A DNA stretch of 64,000 nucleotides from Amphiscolops sp. MND2022 (Eukaryota), in NCBI GenBank assembly GCA_964187785.1, contig OZ076409.1, forward strand, positions 3,970,001-4,034,000. Reading direction: 5' to 3'. The notes under the pieces were generated by a model. It saw nothing but the letters and a program-made list of their open reading frames with translations, did not search any database and was not told the origin of the DNA. A program made the position numbers and the translations under genes. Position 1 is the stretch's first letter, and each line of letters begins with the position of its first letter. Of the stretch, positions 13,110-25,541 are shown in pieces.

Positions 13110-14450
13110 CGTTTTAAAGCTCCACTTTGTCAAGTTGCACGATAATTCGACAACCATCTGCAGTCCCATGTAAATTATTTAGCATTAAAGCTTCCGTAAT
13201 GGTTTCTTCCGTACATCCAAACTGAGTCAATATTTCATGATTGAAGAGGAAAGTTGTTTTCACCGATCATTACTTTGGCACTGAACTTTTCTGTACAGAA
13301 GTCGCTTTAATACGAACGTGGGTCAGGCATTTTACACATTTGACAAACACTAGCTTCTAGACTTGACTTCCGGTAGCTTGATGTCCGTTTTGCAACTTGG
13401 ATATTTTTGTTTCGATTTATTTGGGTGAATCTAAGAAAAAACAAAAAATGGACTTAAAATGGTTCAATGATGTCACACGGCTAAATTAAAGTTACGAACT
13501 TTTCAAAGAAATCTACGAAAAGAGCTGGTATATCCTCTTCAGGCTTTCACTATCGAGCAAAAATCAAAGTAACGTTTGCAAACGGTGAAAAGAGTTGCAA
13601 GAGGAAGGAGTAAGAAGTACCTCAATCAAACTTCGATCAGAATACTTAGATTATATTTCAACGTAAATTAGGAAAATTAAAAGAACCTGTACTGCGTCGA
13701 ATGCGACAGCTTCGAAGAATTTGTTTTCCGTGACACATGAAGGTTCCTCAATGATTGTAAAATTGGCGACAGCATTAGAAGCCTACACGAAAAAAGGTTA
13801 GCGATTTTTTTTCGACAGAGTATTATTAAAAGCAAAGTTTAGGGCACCTGAATAAAAATGGCGGACAAATAAGTTTTGACTGTTCCACGGATAGAGTACT
13901 TTGCCGAAGGAAGTAGTTCCGTTTTCGGGTTCCACCCTTTCAACTCTATGGTTTCATTTGTTTCCGGGCAAGCTAAAATATAAACGTAGAGAAAGACTTG
14001 GAGTTTTTCTATCCAAACACTTTTTTGTTTCGATTGAACGGTCGCCACAACAGTAACAACCGTGTTTTCCGTAGCTGTTTTGCAGAGGGATATGGGGAAT
14101 TTAGTCGCCAGCGAACAGTGTGTGAACTCAAACGATAAATCGTTACACTTGGTGACAGTACTCATTTCATTTACAATGAGTTTCACTTTGCTTGTGTATG
14201 CGCTACATTCTTGCAAACAACTCAAAGTAACAGGGTATCTCGATTCATCAGCCGCCATAAAAACACGTCGTTTCGAGGAGTCGAAGCAAACTCCTTCACA
14301 GCAACCGTCAAGCAGCAGTATGCAAAATTTGAAATACTATCTTGAATTTTTCGACGGTGAACAGTTACTGATATCGTGCACGAAACCAGAAAAAGTTCCA
14401 GCAATTTTGGCTTTCTTTTCAATTGATGACATCACACTTGGCGTCTGAAG
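13110..14450 (-). pseudogene. RPA70-like OB-fold ssDNA-binding protein remnant, probably intron-containing
   Basis: VTVVATVQSK...TIELKGWN...YSIRGTVKTY is OB-fold-like. A downstream segment after the TTTCTTAG acceptor (13431) has YPSC...CVKC, like the RPA70 C-terminal Zn ribbon. RPA-like genes are known Helitron cargo. Confidence 0.4.
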
Positions 14451-14979
14451 AAAAACACGTAAAAGTAGACCCAAATGTTAATTGTTGACTCTAATCCTTG
14501 GGAAACGCACACTAACTAAAGAAATTAGAAATGTTACATTCAGCGTACTAGTCAAAAACGATGAATGAGTAATATATCAAAGCAAATTGTAATGAATACA
14601 CTTGTTGTACGGTACTCAATCAGTTCTCAAAACTGTACAGGGGAAAACGCAAAAAAACCTAGAATAAACAACTTCACCACATGTTTCCCATTCTGGGTCG
14701 ACAATCGCCACCTAGGGAAGCATGTGTTTTTCTGTAGCAACTTGTTCAAAGTTCAAGGAGTACTTTGAGATGCTTCTACCTTTTTTCAAAAGTATGGCTC
14801 TGACATGGGGAGGTAATTCCACTGAAACACAATCCGGGTTTCTAGTTTGCTACTCAAAAAAAAGTGAGTTAGATGACGAATCAATCAACGATCAACAATT
14901 GAAATCCAACGAATTTCAGCACATAATTTAATCACCAAATTTAATTCAACTTCTGTTAGGAAAAAAACAATGTAGAAAT

Positions 14980-15344
14980 ACATCGAAGGGACTCGCAGGA
15001 TGCTTCCGAAACAAAATTGTCAAAGTTGAGTCAGCTCTGAGACTGTATAAACATCTTCATACATTACCTGATATGCAAAAAAACAAGGTTTTCAGTGCGA
15101 ATCAGCTATCTTCTTAAAATCAGAAAATTCAAAATTGAAAGCAGAACAAGCATGTGATCTGAAAAACAAGATAGGTATCAAATTACACAAATATCAAAAA
15201 TAAGATATCGTCCCGGTTGTAGTCCTCTGATTGCAAAAAAAGTCGCCCGTCTGTAGGTCGTGCTCCGGGCAAAGCCAAAATCTCAAAGTTCGTTCCCGGA
15301 ATGTTAACGTTTTTCAAAAATGAGTCAGAAAGAACGAGTGTCAT
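14980..15344 (-). pseudogene. SGNH/GDSL hydrolase-like remnant
   Basis: ATG at 15344 gives MTLVLSDSFLKNVNIPGTNFEILALPGARP...YNRDDILFLIF, matching SGNH block I (xDS), the PGA motif and the strand before block III. Confidence 0.4.
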
Positions 15345-16604
15345 GTTCTCTAAACGATTTCAACAAAATTAAAAAGATGTCCAAGTTCGAACTTTGCAGA
15401 TACTCTAATATTGCTAACTTGAAGAAAAACTTGAAGGTATTTTAATGGAGAAAAAGTTGTCAGTAATCAACACGAATTTCGAATGAAGAGTCGAATAATC
15501 AGTTTCAAAGGCCAACTTTCGCAACCTTACTGAACTTTAAAAGAAGGCTGGGTCAGTAAAAGAGATGAGAAGTAATTTTGCGGCCACATTTGAAAGTCAG
15601 TATTAATACTGCCCTAACAAGAAAGTACTCCACTCACCACCCTCTTTCACAGTTTTTTCGTAGACACACCACGCAAAAACAAAAAACCCTTGGTATAATT
15701 GTCAACAGATTATGCTATCATACCATTACAAAACTGAACAACTGAAGATCAATTTTTCGTTATCCGCAAAGCTAGCCCAGCATCATTCCATGACTTTATA
15801 GACTAGTCGCAATCGAATAGAAACCGCAATCGATCGAGGCCGCTAAAGTTGATAAACAAAAAATGGTGAACCTAAAAACATTACAAGTTTCCCATTGTCG
15901 GTCGACAATCGCCACCAGGGAAACTCATAATGTTCTGAAACAAAAATGCTTGAAAAACTACTACGCTTTGAGATGCTGATACCATTTGGAAAAGTAATTT
16001 TGCCTAAGATTCTATTTGGATATTCCAAGTGAATCTTACGAGGGGAAGTATTTTACCCAATAAAACATTACATATTAGCCTCACAAGAGACACTCGTCCA
16101 AGGTTTTCAAAAAACGACTGTCAAAGAATCATTCAACCATATGCGTAATAAGTTGAACATATTCATGAGAGAGGATATCGTCGATGCGTCAGACAGAGGT
16201 ATCCACACGCTGTGGAGAAAAAGACTGAAAAGCATTGTTTTCGCCTTACACAGAAATCCTCCTGAAGCACACCACGATTTTCAATTCGAAGCCTAATAAA
16301 CAATCAATCAAATAATAATGCTGAAACCTAAAATAAGATAACGTCGACGAACCGAATTTGGCACTGTCACGCTCAAAAGTAATAATTAATTCCAGCATAA
16401 AACATAACCTGTGCAGTAAAAATTTCTCGAGGTCTTCCGTATACGCCGACACATCGTGGTAGGTATTGGCACCCATCCCTTCCAAATCCACATCAAAAAT
16501 TTCAATTCCATGACGACTGAACTTAACTCAAACATAACTACAAACGTACAATTTTACAGCAATACCCTCTGAAATTATACCTGAATTGAGGTGTCCTGAG
16601 ACGC

Positions 16605-17400
16605 CTAATTATGAGCCAATTCAATGTCGTTTAGGTAGTAAAATTGAGCAAAATCTACATTTAGAAAATTTTCCCGCAAAAATGCCAAAAATTTCCAATT
16701 TTTAATCGCCACTTTCTCAAGGACCAATGATCGTAGGATAATGAAACTTTCATGAGCTTAGAGAACACATCCTCTCGTGTCAGTCGGTACTAATTATGAG
16801 CCGTTTCACTTTGTTTAAGTAGTAAAATTAGGCAAAATCTACATTTAGAAAATTTTTCGAAAAAAAACCCAAAAAAGCCATTTTTTTCGCCATTTTCTCA
16901 ACGCCCAATATCTGTAAAACAATGAAACTTTCACGACCTTAAAGAAGACATCCTCTTGCGTCAGTCGATACTAATTATGAGCCGTTTCAATTTGTTTAAG
17001 TAGTAAAATTAAGCAAAATCTACATTTAGAAATTTTTTTCGCTAAAAACCAAAAAACTTTTCCAATTTTTATTCGCCATTTTCTCAACGACCAATAATCG
17101 TAGGATGATGAAACTTTCCTGAGCTTAGAGAACACATCCTCTCGTGTCAGTCGGTACTAATTATGAGCCGTTTCAATTTGTTTAAGTAGTAAAATTAAGC
17201 AAAATCTACATTTAGAAAATTTTTCGAAAAAAAACCCCAAAAAAAGCCGATTTTTTGCCATTTTCTCAACGCCCAATATCTGTAAAATAATGAAATTTTC
17301 ACGACCTTAAAGAAGACATCCTCTTGCGTCAGTTGGTTCCCATTTTGAGACGGTTCGATATGGTTCAAGTAGAAAAATTACGCAAAATCGGAAAAAAATC
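16605..17400 (+). repeat. ~183 bp tandem repeat with alternating A/B units (~366 bp dimer) in the Helentron 5' subterminal region
   Basis: Units start CTAATTATGAGCC at 16605, 16790, 16971 and 17157, with a variant at 17340; units 1 and 3, and 2 and 4, share diagnostic variants. Confidence 0.9.
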
Positions 17401-17654
17401 CTAAAAACTTTTCGCAAAAATCATGTTTTCGAAGCTAATATAATCGCCCAGGCGGAAACTTTTTGGAACATTTTTACATGGCCTGAAAGGTCATTCACTT
17501 GCGGATCTGTTTTTGAAGTTTTGAATTGTCTCCGAGAAACAGGCTTGGAGAAAAATAGCCGAAACTTTCACAAATGCAGAGGGATGTCACGTTTTGGCGA
17601 AAAAAAAGCTAAACGCAAACAATAAGGCCCCTCGCTTCGCTCGTCGCCTTAAAA

Positions 17655-18988
17655 GCTATTAGAAGATATGCTGTCTGATTTTGTTAAATCGTAGTTTGAC
17701 GGTGGAATATGTTCATTTCAATCAGGATGGTACATATGAGCCGCGTTGTGAACTAGGATAATAATGTCATTGACTTGACAATTTTTTGGGTTTATCGTTA
17801 GGTATTGAACTTTCTAGAAGGGAAGTGATATCTATTTTGTTTAGAAGTTTTATCATTATAGCTGTGGTGTGCCGTACTTCTACTAGGGTATTAACATGAA
17901 TGTTCGGTGGGTCTATTGTTGGTTCTTTCAGAGTTAATATTATCACGCGAAGAGGAACGAAAGTATTGTACGAAAGACGTTTGAGGAGATACAGATCTTG
18001 CATATGCATCACGTTTAATGGCAGTACGAACTTTGTTTTAATACTCAGTTTCATGTTTGTTATCAGGATTTCGTGGTTGTGTGAACATAGGCTGTTCACA
18101 TTTTTGAGTATCTTAGTTTTGTGACTGTAATTGATTGTGAATAGAAGAATTTTCAGGAGTAGGATCGTGTGTACGAATTTTATCATTTGCTATATCTTAG
18201 CATCTACTATTTGGACAAGAGGATGAAAAGGTTTTGAGAGTTCTAGAACAGTAGAAGTGTGTTTCACTTGTCTTTCTTCGCAAAATCCTTTAGGTTCTTG
18301 GGAAATCTTTTGGTGAAAAATTCATCGCACTTCAAGTTCAAAGTAGAAGCATTTTCATTGCACCAGCTTTTTGCAGCCAGTTGAAGTGCAAAATGGCTTG
18401 GCGTACCGTTTTATTAGCCTTTTTAACAAGAGAAAACGCTTTAACTTGAGCATGACAGGCGTTTTTCGGAGAGAAATATTGTTCCCTAAAAGTTTGTACA
18501 AAAGCGGTTCAATCTTGTTTATACGTATCATGAAGGCGGATGTTACAACTATGGGCTGTAACAGCGATTGAGCTTTGATTGAAAGCCATTCGTCTAGCAC
18601 GCCAAAGTTCGTATTCAAACAAAGTTGGAGTTGTAGGTTGAAGTACTAACGAAAAGGTAACTCGAGCTTCGTTATATTGTGAGTAATCTTCCGAGGTATA
18701 TTTGTGGTTGAGATCATCAGAAGGTTTGATTGGTTTCGGAATAGAAGAAGAAGAACTTATATTTATATAGGGTTTGAGATTGTTGTCATTGGTAAAGTAT
18801 GTGTGTGTGTGTTGTTTGAAACTTTGTGGTTGGTGAAATAGTTTAAATATTGTGCGTTTACGAAACCAGAGTGGTGGGACATAGACCCCAATTGGTACAA
18901 GGCCTTCGTTGGACGTGCATAAGGTGGGAAATAAAAAGTTGGACCTCAAATGACACTTTGTGTAAAAAGCCCGATATTGGCTAAGCAA
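17655..18988 (-). pseudogene. Penelope-like element ORF N-terminal remnant
   Basis: KCHLRSNFL...C..EGLVPIG (FLxxCxxxxLxPxG-like) and SNYDLTKSD (NLSxxxLTxxE-like) next to the Helentron junction; many stops and frameshifts. Confidence 0.4.
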
Positions 18989-20224
18989 CCAACCTTACAC
19001 TCCACATCCACACATTTTTAAAGGGCCGACTAGCGGCGAAAAGTTGTTCACGAATGAAACGGCCTTTTTGATTGGTTGAACGGATTGTGTGTTTGTTCCA
19101 CCAACATGCGCCAAATTGCACCGAGCCGTCTCGGCCTTCTTTTGGTCGGCAAGAAAGCATTGTGTAGGTCCCACGAAAGCGCATTGATCGCATCGGCCTC
19201 TGATTGGTTGACGTTGTCCCAAAGTGTATGTCCCACCAAGTGATGGGTTTTTGAAAAAGCACGAACGCGGACCTCGGATTGTCAGGTCGTTTCTATCAGT
19301 GTAAGTCCCACCAAGTGAGATAATATTCTTTTGGTGATGACCCAGTAAAGTTCATGTTGCGTCATTGCAACATCACGTTTCTTTTATTATGATTCATTCG
19401 TAATTGATAATGGATGTCTTGCAGTGTGTATCTCCTCCTTGTGTCCCACCAAGCACCATGTTTTGAACAAGTGCTTGGTCAGGGTCGAACCGCGACCTCG
19501 GATTGAGATTGCGAAGTCGCTATTTATGGTTTAAGTCCCACAAAGTATGCTTTTTTGGTGTTTGACCTCGTTTCGTCCATAATGCGTCATTCTAATTTGT
19601 TCTGTTTTTGTTATGATTCACTCAATTAGTCGGTCATTCCAGTAGAAAGTCCATGTATGCAATGGAAAGAACAATCCACAGGGCCTCCCTAGAAAAAAAT
19701 TTAGTGAAAAAATTGCCAAGCATTAAATTTCATGCAAGTTCTTTAATTTAATTAATCACAGCAATTGGAAGCTGAGATGTTTCTCTTCCTTGAGACTTGT
19801 TGGAACGTCGAACTTGAAATAAAATCTTTATGAATTGGTTTTCGCCAAATGAAAATTATTGCGATTATTTGAAATAACTCAGTGAATTTACATCGAAATG
19901 ATTACGTGCAAACTAACATAGGAGCAAAAAAACATAGGAACGAAATTGTACCCATTCAAAAAAAAAACTGAATTAGTTTCATGTTACAAAAAACGATTTT
20001 AGCTGTATTTTACATACTTTGTTCAGTGAATCCTTTGAATTGTGAATGTATTTGACCACTAAGATTTGCCGTGAACACTTTGATTTTTAGTCGGCGCCTT
20101 TTCCCTTAAGGAAAAAAGCCCGACTCTCACAGTGAGTAGTTTTTTTTTTTCAGTTGACAATCTCACTCTGAGTGGTCCACTTTTCTTACAATTTTTGTTC
20201 ATCTTTCATATTTGTTCATCTTTC

Positions 20225-20266
20225 ATCTTCGACCCAGCCGGAGAGCGTGGGTTCGAATCCCGCACT
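20225..20266 (+). other. tRNA-derived T-arm / B-box fragment (SINE-like), not a full tRNA
   Basis: GCGTGGGTTCGAATCCCGCAC forms a T-arm; no D-arm or A-box upstream. Confidence 0.5.
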
Positions 20267-22209
20267 AAACCATAAATTTTTTAATGAGTTTTTCGGCATT
20301 GTGCGACCTAAAAAATACTTTTTTTCGAAAAAAAATCAAAATTTTTTTTTGAAAAATTTTTTTTCCAAATTTTTCCAATATTTGTTCCTTGAATGTTTTT
20401 GAGCCTAAGATATGGCGCCGACTTGGGACGTTCCCGTCTTGTTGTGTTTTGTGAAACGCAATAATTTATGTTATTTGAAACCAATTCAGTTTTCATGTTA
20501 CCTGCTATGTTGTTATTTGGGACTTCACCCACCAAAATATGGCATTGTTTTCCGAGATTTTTCCCCCTCCCCAAAAATACCCCACTGTAAAAGGAGCGTC
20601 ACCCACTGTTATCCCTTAAAATTACATTACATATGCCACAAATGTGAACTTTATCATCCAGTGTAAAGTGTATTTTCCGTAAATCGTATTCTAGTCAAGT
20701 TTTGCACCGTGTTCATCGCGGATTGTGATGCACGGTGTAATAGGAAATTGCGCATGGTAAACATAATGCGTGGTTGTGTAAAGTGGGTCATTTACTGTTT
20801 TAAGATCACTACGCGTAACGCCCAATCACACGTTTGTAACAAGCAAAACACGTAACGCGTTTCGAAATAATAGCGCGTTTTTATTGGCTGTTACTGTGAT
20901 ACAGTTCAGTAGTTAAACTACTGTTCTGGAAAAGAAACGCCGTGTGATGGACAAGCATCGCTTGCCTTGCTATTGAATGTTGCTAAATTTCACTGGCAAG
21001 CTTGGTACAATAGCGAGCCAATCACAATCGCATGCTGCCTGCACACTGTTATATTCGGGAAAAGAAACGCCGTCTGATGAGCATGCCTGGCTTACCTTAC
21101 TACTGTTATACTGTGGTTACTTTGTTACCCCACTGTTGTACACTTACAACTTGTCACCGATCTGTTACTGACTTCTACAACATATGTTTAACACGTCTTA
21201 TTTGATGAGCCACCTTGTCCGAATACGTCTACTTGCATTTCACTGAGAAACACCGTCACAACGCCGATATGCTATCTTGGCTCACAGAGTTTCAAAGTTG
21301 AAACTTCTAGTTCCCAACGTGTCTTTCTTCTTCTGTGTGACCGAAACATATTTTTTGGAGTTTCGAAGATTACTTGAATTACTTTTATTTTGCTTCTTTA
21401 GTTTGCGTTCTTTCGTCGATGTTACCCAAAACGTAACCTGCAGGTGACCCAACTCGTTTTATGTTGGTTAGGTAGTTAGTCATTAAAATCAGTCATATTC
21501 TCACAGCAGTTTTTATATTAAATTGTACGTTATCAAACAGAGGTGGATTTCTAATAAACAGATAACCTAAAAATTAAATTGAAACAAACTCTTCAAAGTC
21601 TGATAAATAATACACCCCATCTGATGTTTGTATTTCTGTTCCGTATTTTTCCAACAAGTATTGGTTTGTAAATGTTGAATATTCGTGGAATATTTGGTCT
21701 TTATTTTCAAATGAGTCAAACAATCCTTTATTATAAAGTAATTGAATAGTATCTTTGACTGCTTGATTTTTACATTTTTCCAATTCTACAAAAATGTTTC
21801 GTTCAAAGTGATTATGTGAAATGACTTGTTGTTCATTGGCTTGTTTGACTGCTTCCGAAATTATTTCTTTCTTCTTTTCTGTTAATTTATTTTTAATATC
21901 TTGTTCTAAATATTTCAAATTTATTTTTATATCTTCTATACTTTTATTTATATCTAAGAATAACTTTGCATTGACTACGATTTGTGTTTCATCATTGATA
22001 AATTGAATTTCTTCTCTAACTGTATTTCGGTATTTTGTAGGTTACCGAAGGCGCTTTGCGTATTAAATTTTTCTAATTTATCAGATACACCATCAACGGT
22101 GCTTTGCACATCTTTAAGTTTTATATTAAACAATTTGGTTTGTGATTCAAATTCTTTTTCAAGATTCTCAATCTTATCTTTTTGTAAGCTTTCGGCACTA
22201 TAACCAAAT

Positions 22210-23193
22210 TTATGAACTGACATTATTTATTTGACTATTATTATTCACATTTACCGGAGGGCAACTTCGCTGTACGCGTACAGCGCAATCGGTATGGAAA
22301 ATAATCATACTTTCTAACGTTTTGTTGTTAGATTTAAAATTGAATACACTTCTTAAAAGTTCTTGTTCATAATATTTTCCTTCTATTTGTTCGTTGTTTT
22401 CATCTACTGAACCATACGTAACTGGGTTAGTTGGATTCATTTTTTGTATTTTAAAAATTTCTCCACTCCAATTTGGTGTAAATCCTTTACTATATAAATT
22501 GCGTTTATCAGGAACTCTTACATAGCCTCCCACTTGGAATTTGGGTTGTTTACGCGATGCGCCTTCGGTATGCGAAGCCAGCTTTGCTGTGTTATGTTTA
22601 TAATAAATAATCTTTTTGTTAGGTATTAATTTTTGATTAGTTGAAATTTCAAAAGGTGTCATCTTAGTAGTTCCATGAAACGATTATTATATTTTTCCAT
22701 AGCAGTATCTAGATGTATCAACCAACAAGCTTTTCCTTCAATGTACATGGGTTCTTTAATTAAGTCTAAAAGTGTTCTATTGAATCGTTCAACAAAACAG
22801 CTTTTAAATCTGAATTAGTTGAATAAATATGAATGTTTTGTTCTTTTAGGAAATTCAAAAATGTTTTATTATAAACCTCTTTACCTCTATCTGACCAAAG
22901 TTCATCAGGTTTTCATTTTGCTTTTTCAATAAGACTTTTAAATGCAGTTGTAGTACTTTTTCCGGTTTTATCTTTGATGGGGATCGCCCATGCATACTTG
23001 TCAATGCTGTATGATTGTCAATTACTGTAAATACAAACTTGTAGTTTTTGTTATATTTTGATAAGCTAGACCTGTCAATGAGATCAAAACTCGAACACTC
23101 ATCTTCATAGTGAGTTTGTATTTGAATTCTTTGAAACTTCTAGATTACAGGAGAGAATATTTCTTTAGCAGTTTTTTTCTTCTTTTCTTTCAT
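22210..23193 (-). pseudogene. Polinton integrase, duplicated copy
   Basis: Reverse complement of 29158-30135, with additional frameshifts. Confidence 0.85.
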
Positions 23194-23207
23194 TTATTTA
23201 TCAATAA

Positions 23208-24060
23208 TTGAATGAAAAATTTTATATAGGTTCATTATGTGTAATTTTTATGATAGGTTTATATAATTATTGGTATTATATTAGACCTAGACATTACGAA
23301 AAATTATACAAAAAACTAAAACAATTCATGGGATTTAAAAAATCTCATTTAACTAACAAAGAAGAAGAACACGAACTTACTCCACCAGTTACATATACCA
23401 TTTCTCATATGTTAATTTATGGTACTAGTGGATCAGGTAAGACATCTTTCTGAAAACATTACCTAGACCAAACTAAATGCAAAGCCAGCGAAGCGGTATG
23501 CGTAGCCAGCTTTGCTGTATCAAATTTTATAGTATTCGGTAGCGATGAAACTGAATTCCGTCAAGAGAATTAGATACCTTTATTTCAATTAGAAAAAATA
23601 GAAATTGAATCACTTGCTAATAAAACGGTAAAACTGGATGATGCAGGTGCATATAAAAACCTTAAAACGAAGTAGAAGACTTTTTCATGTTTGGTAGACA
23701 TCATAATATACAAGTTATTTATCTTGCACACTATGCAAAGGATGTTCTCCCAGTTGTAAGAGAAAATTGTTTCAAGATCTTTACAACAATGAACAATCCA
23801 GATAGTTTCTTTGAAACAATAGTAAGCACTTATAGTATACCGAAGGAGCTTTGCTTAAAAGAACATTGGAAACAATATCGTAGTCAGTTAGAATTTGGCG
23901 TAATTGAATTTGATACTAGATCACAAAAGTATAAAATACTCAACCACAACTACCAAGTAGTATATGATACAACTAAACATAAATGGGGTCCCGAGGATTT
24001 TGTAAAATATGAAAGTTATTTCCTTACAGGTGAAGAATACAACAAACTCGAGGTGTTTTC
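23208..24060 (+). pseudogene. A32/FtsK-like packaging ATPase 1, duplicated copy
   Basis: IYGTSGSGKT (Walker A), LDDAGA (Walker B), GRHHNIQVIYLAH; stop codon directly after Walker A. Confidence 0.85.
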
Positions 24061-25320
24061 TAGGTGAAAAAAAATACAAATCTTGCAAGAATCTTGCAAG
24101 ATGTCTTGCAAGATCTTGCAAGACAATGCATTTTCCTGACAGGTTTCTTGCAAGATTCTTGCAAGATGAATCTTTAGCTTGCAAGATTCTTGCAAGACAA
24201 ACATTTCTCTTGCAAGATTCTTGCAAGACATGCAATTTTTAGTTTGTTGTGTTCAGCATGTTCCAAAAAGTCCTCGTTGCATGCGTCAGCCTCGTACCTT
24301 TGAAGTTCTAGTTTCACAGAAAGACGACCGTATGGCCATTTTTTGAAAGGTCGAAAAAAGCGTGTCTTCAAATGCCAAAAAAGGGACACATGGCGAGAGA
24401 CTGCAAGTCAGAGGAAAGCAGGGCGTGCTTCATGTGCAATAAGAAGGGCCATCTTGCAAAAGACTGCAAAACCAAGAAAGGGCAGTCCGGGGTCCAGCTA
24501 AGCTTGGCTTCTTCAGCTTCGGAAGCTTTGAAGGGGCTCCAAAGGAAGGGGACTCGAGTTTTTGGTGGACTCGGGTTGCAACGGGTTCATGCTGAAGGAC
24601 AGGGCTCTCTTCAAGGACCTCGACGATTCGTTCAACACCGATGTGGGAAATGCAAACGGGAGTCGAACACAAATGGAAGGTAGAGACACAGAACGCCGTG
24701 GGGTGGCGGACAGCCAGGGCACGATGTATGAGCTCGAGCTGAAGCAGGCCTTCTGGGTACCCACCTACACCTGCAAACTGAGTTCAGTAAAGATGTTTGC
24801 ATTTTTTCGGAAGTTCAAACGAAAAAGCGTGACTTCAGAGCTAGTTTGGGTTTGAGTTACTCTATCTTTGTGGAACTCTTTACTTTGGCACGAAAAGTGT
24901 GCCGTTCAAAAAGGACTGGATAAAAAACAATCTTTGCAAGAGCCGTGGTTTTTTCTCCGGAAACGTCGACTGTATGAAAACTTAGTAACTGTAACATGCA
25001 GGTTCTTTTGCTCCTAAAGCGCCCTTTGTCTAAGAAAGGAAACGTTCACCTGTGATTTCGTCTGTTTGTGTTGTGTCCCTCTCTAGAAGGAAAACTGGAC
25101 AAAAAACTATCCGGTGCCCATGTTGGTCACGTTTAGTGTTTTTTCGACAAAAAAAAGTTTTCTCTTCGTTTGATGTATTTCTTGCAAGAATCTGACAGAA
25201 AAAGTATTTCTTGCAAGAATCTGTCAGGTTCTTTCAAGAAATGCATTTTCTGCCAGAATCTTGCAAGATTTGTATTTTTTGTCAACATCTTGCAAGAGTT
25301 GTAATTGTTTTCAACCAGGG
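24060..25320 (+). mobile_element. Non-autonomous DNA element with TCTTGCAAGA palindrome arrays (CMC/EnSpm-like architecture)
   Basis: Clusters of the perfect 10 bp palindrome at 24081-24230 and 25180-25297; inverted ends (TACAAATCTTGCAAGA); right end TTTTCAACCAGGG. Further copies at 26327-26613 and 27192-28291. Confidence 0.75.
24350..24790 (+). pseudogene. Captured Ty1/Copia gag zinc knuckles plus protease fragment
   Basis: C..C.KKGHMARDC and CFMCNKKGHLAKDC (CCHC), followed by VDSGCNGFM...VGNANG (Copia protease DSG motif). Confidence 0.8.
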
Positions 25321-25480
25321 TTATGATGAATTTAAAAGTTTATGCAGAGAAGCATGGCGGAAGAAGTATAATTATTTATTAATAAATACGTTAGAAGATA
25401 AAAACAAAAACAAGTATAAAATATGCAATGAATCTAATCCGGTGTTCAAGGTGTTTAATCCACAAACGGAACCTTTTTAG
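25321..25480 (+). pseudogene. C-terminal fragment of packaging ATPase 2
   Basis: YDEFKSLCREAWRKKYNYLLIN matches the C-terminus of 42982-43908. Confidence 0.85.
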
Positions 25481-25541
25481 TAACTGAAGGAGCTTGTAAG
25501 ACCGAAGGTGCTGTGTATCAGCAGAGCTGGCTTCGCATGCT

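Larger units (their letters stand above)
4590..17652 (-). mobile_element. Helentron / Helitron2-type rolling-circle transposon, decayed
   Basis: Rep-helicase-endonuclease coding region. 5' hairpin end TTAAGGCGACGAGCGAAGCGAGGGGCCTTATTG (17652-17620). 3' end with small hairpin GCAATGGCAGTTGC then GCCTATGTTT (4612-4589). Both ends sit in T-runs, as expected for Helentrons. Confidence 0.8.
21596..25159. repeat. Left arm of a ~3.56 kb inverted duplication (right arm 27192-30749)
   Basis: Mirror ORF pairs: 21975-22223/30122-30370, 23208-23453/28898-29143, 24562-24855/27494-27787. Confidence 0.95.

Noticed and set aside
20130..20150. AGTAGT as the missing left end of Polinton A
   Set aside because: Not followed by the mirror of the 38841 terminus and not preceded by the expected TSD GACGTG.
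21060..21230. Hammerhead ribozyme cores (CTGATGAG, TTGATGAG...CGAAT)
   Set aside because: The order and stems do not give a complete CUGANGA/GAAA core; at best degenerate.
23921..24242. ORFs rich in SCKNLAR/LQDSCK
   Set aside because: Translation artefacts of the TCTTGCAAGA palindrome array, open on both strands.
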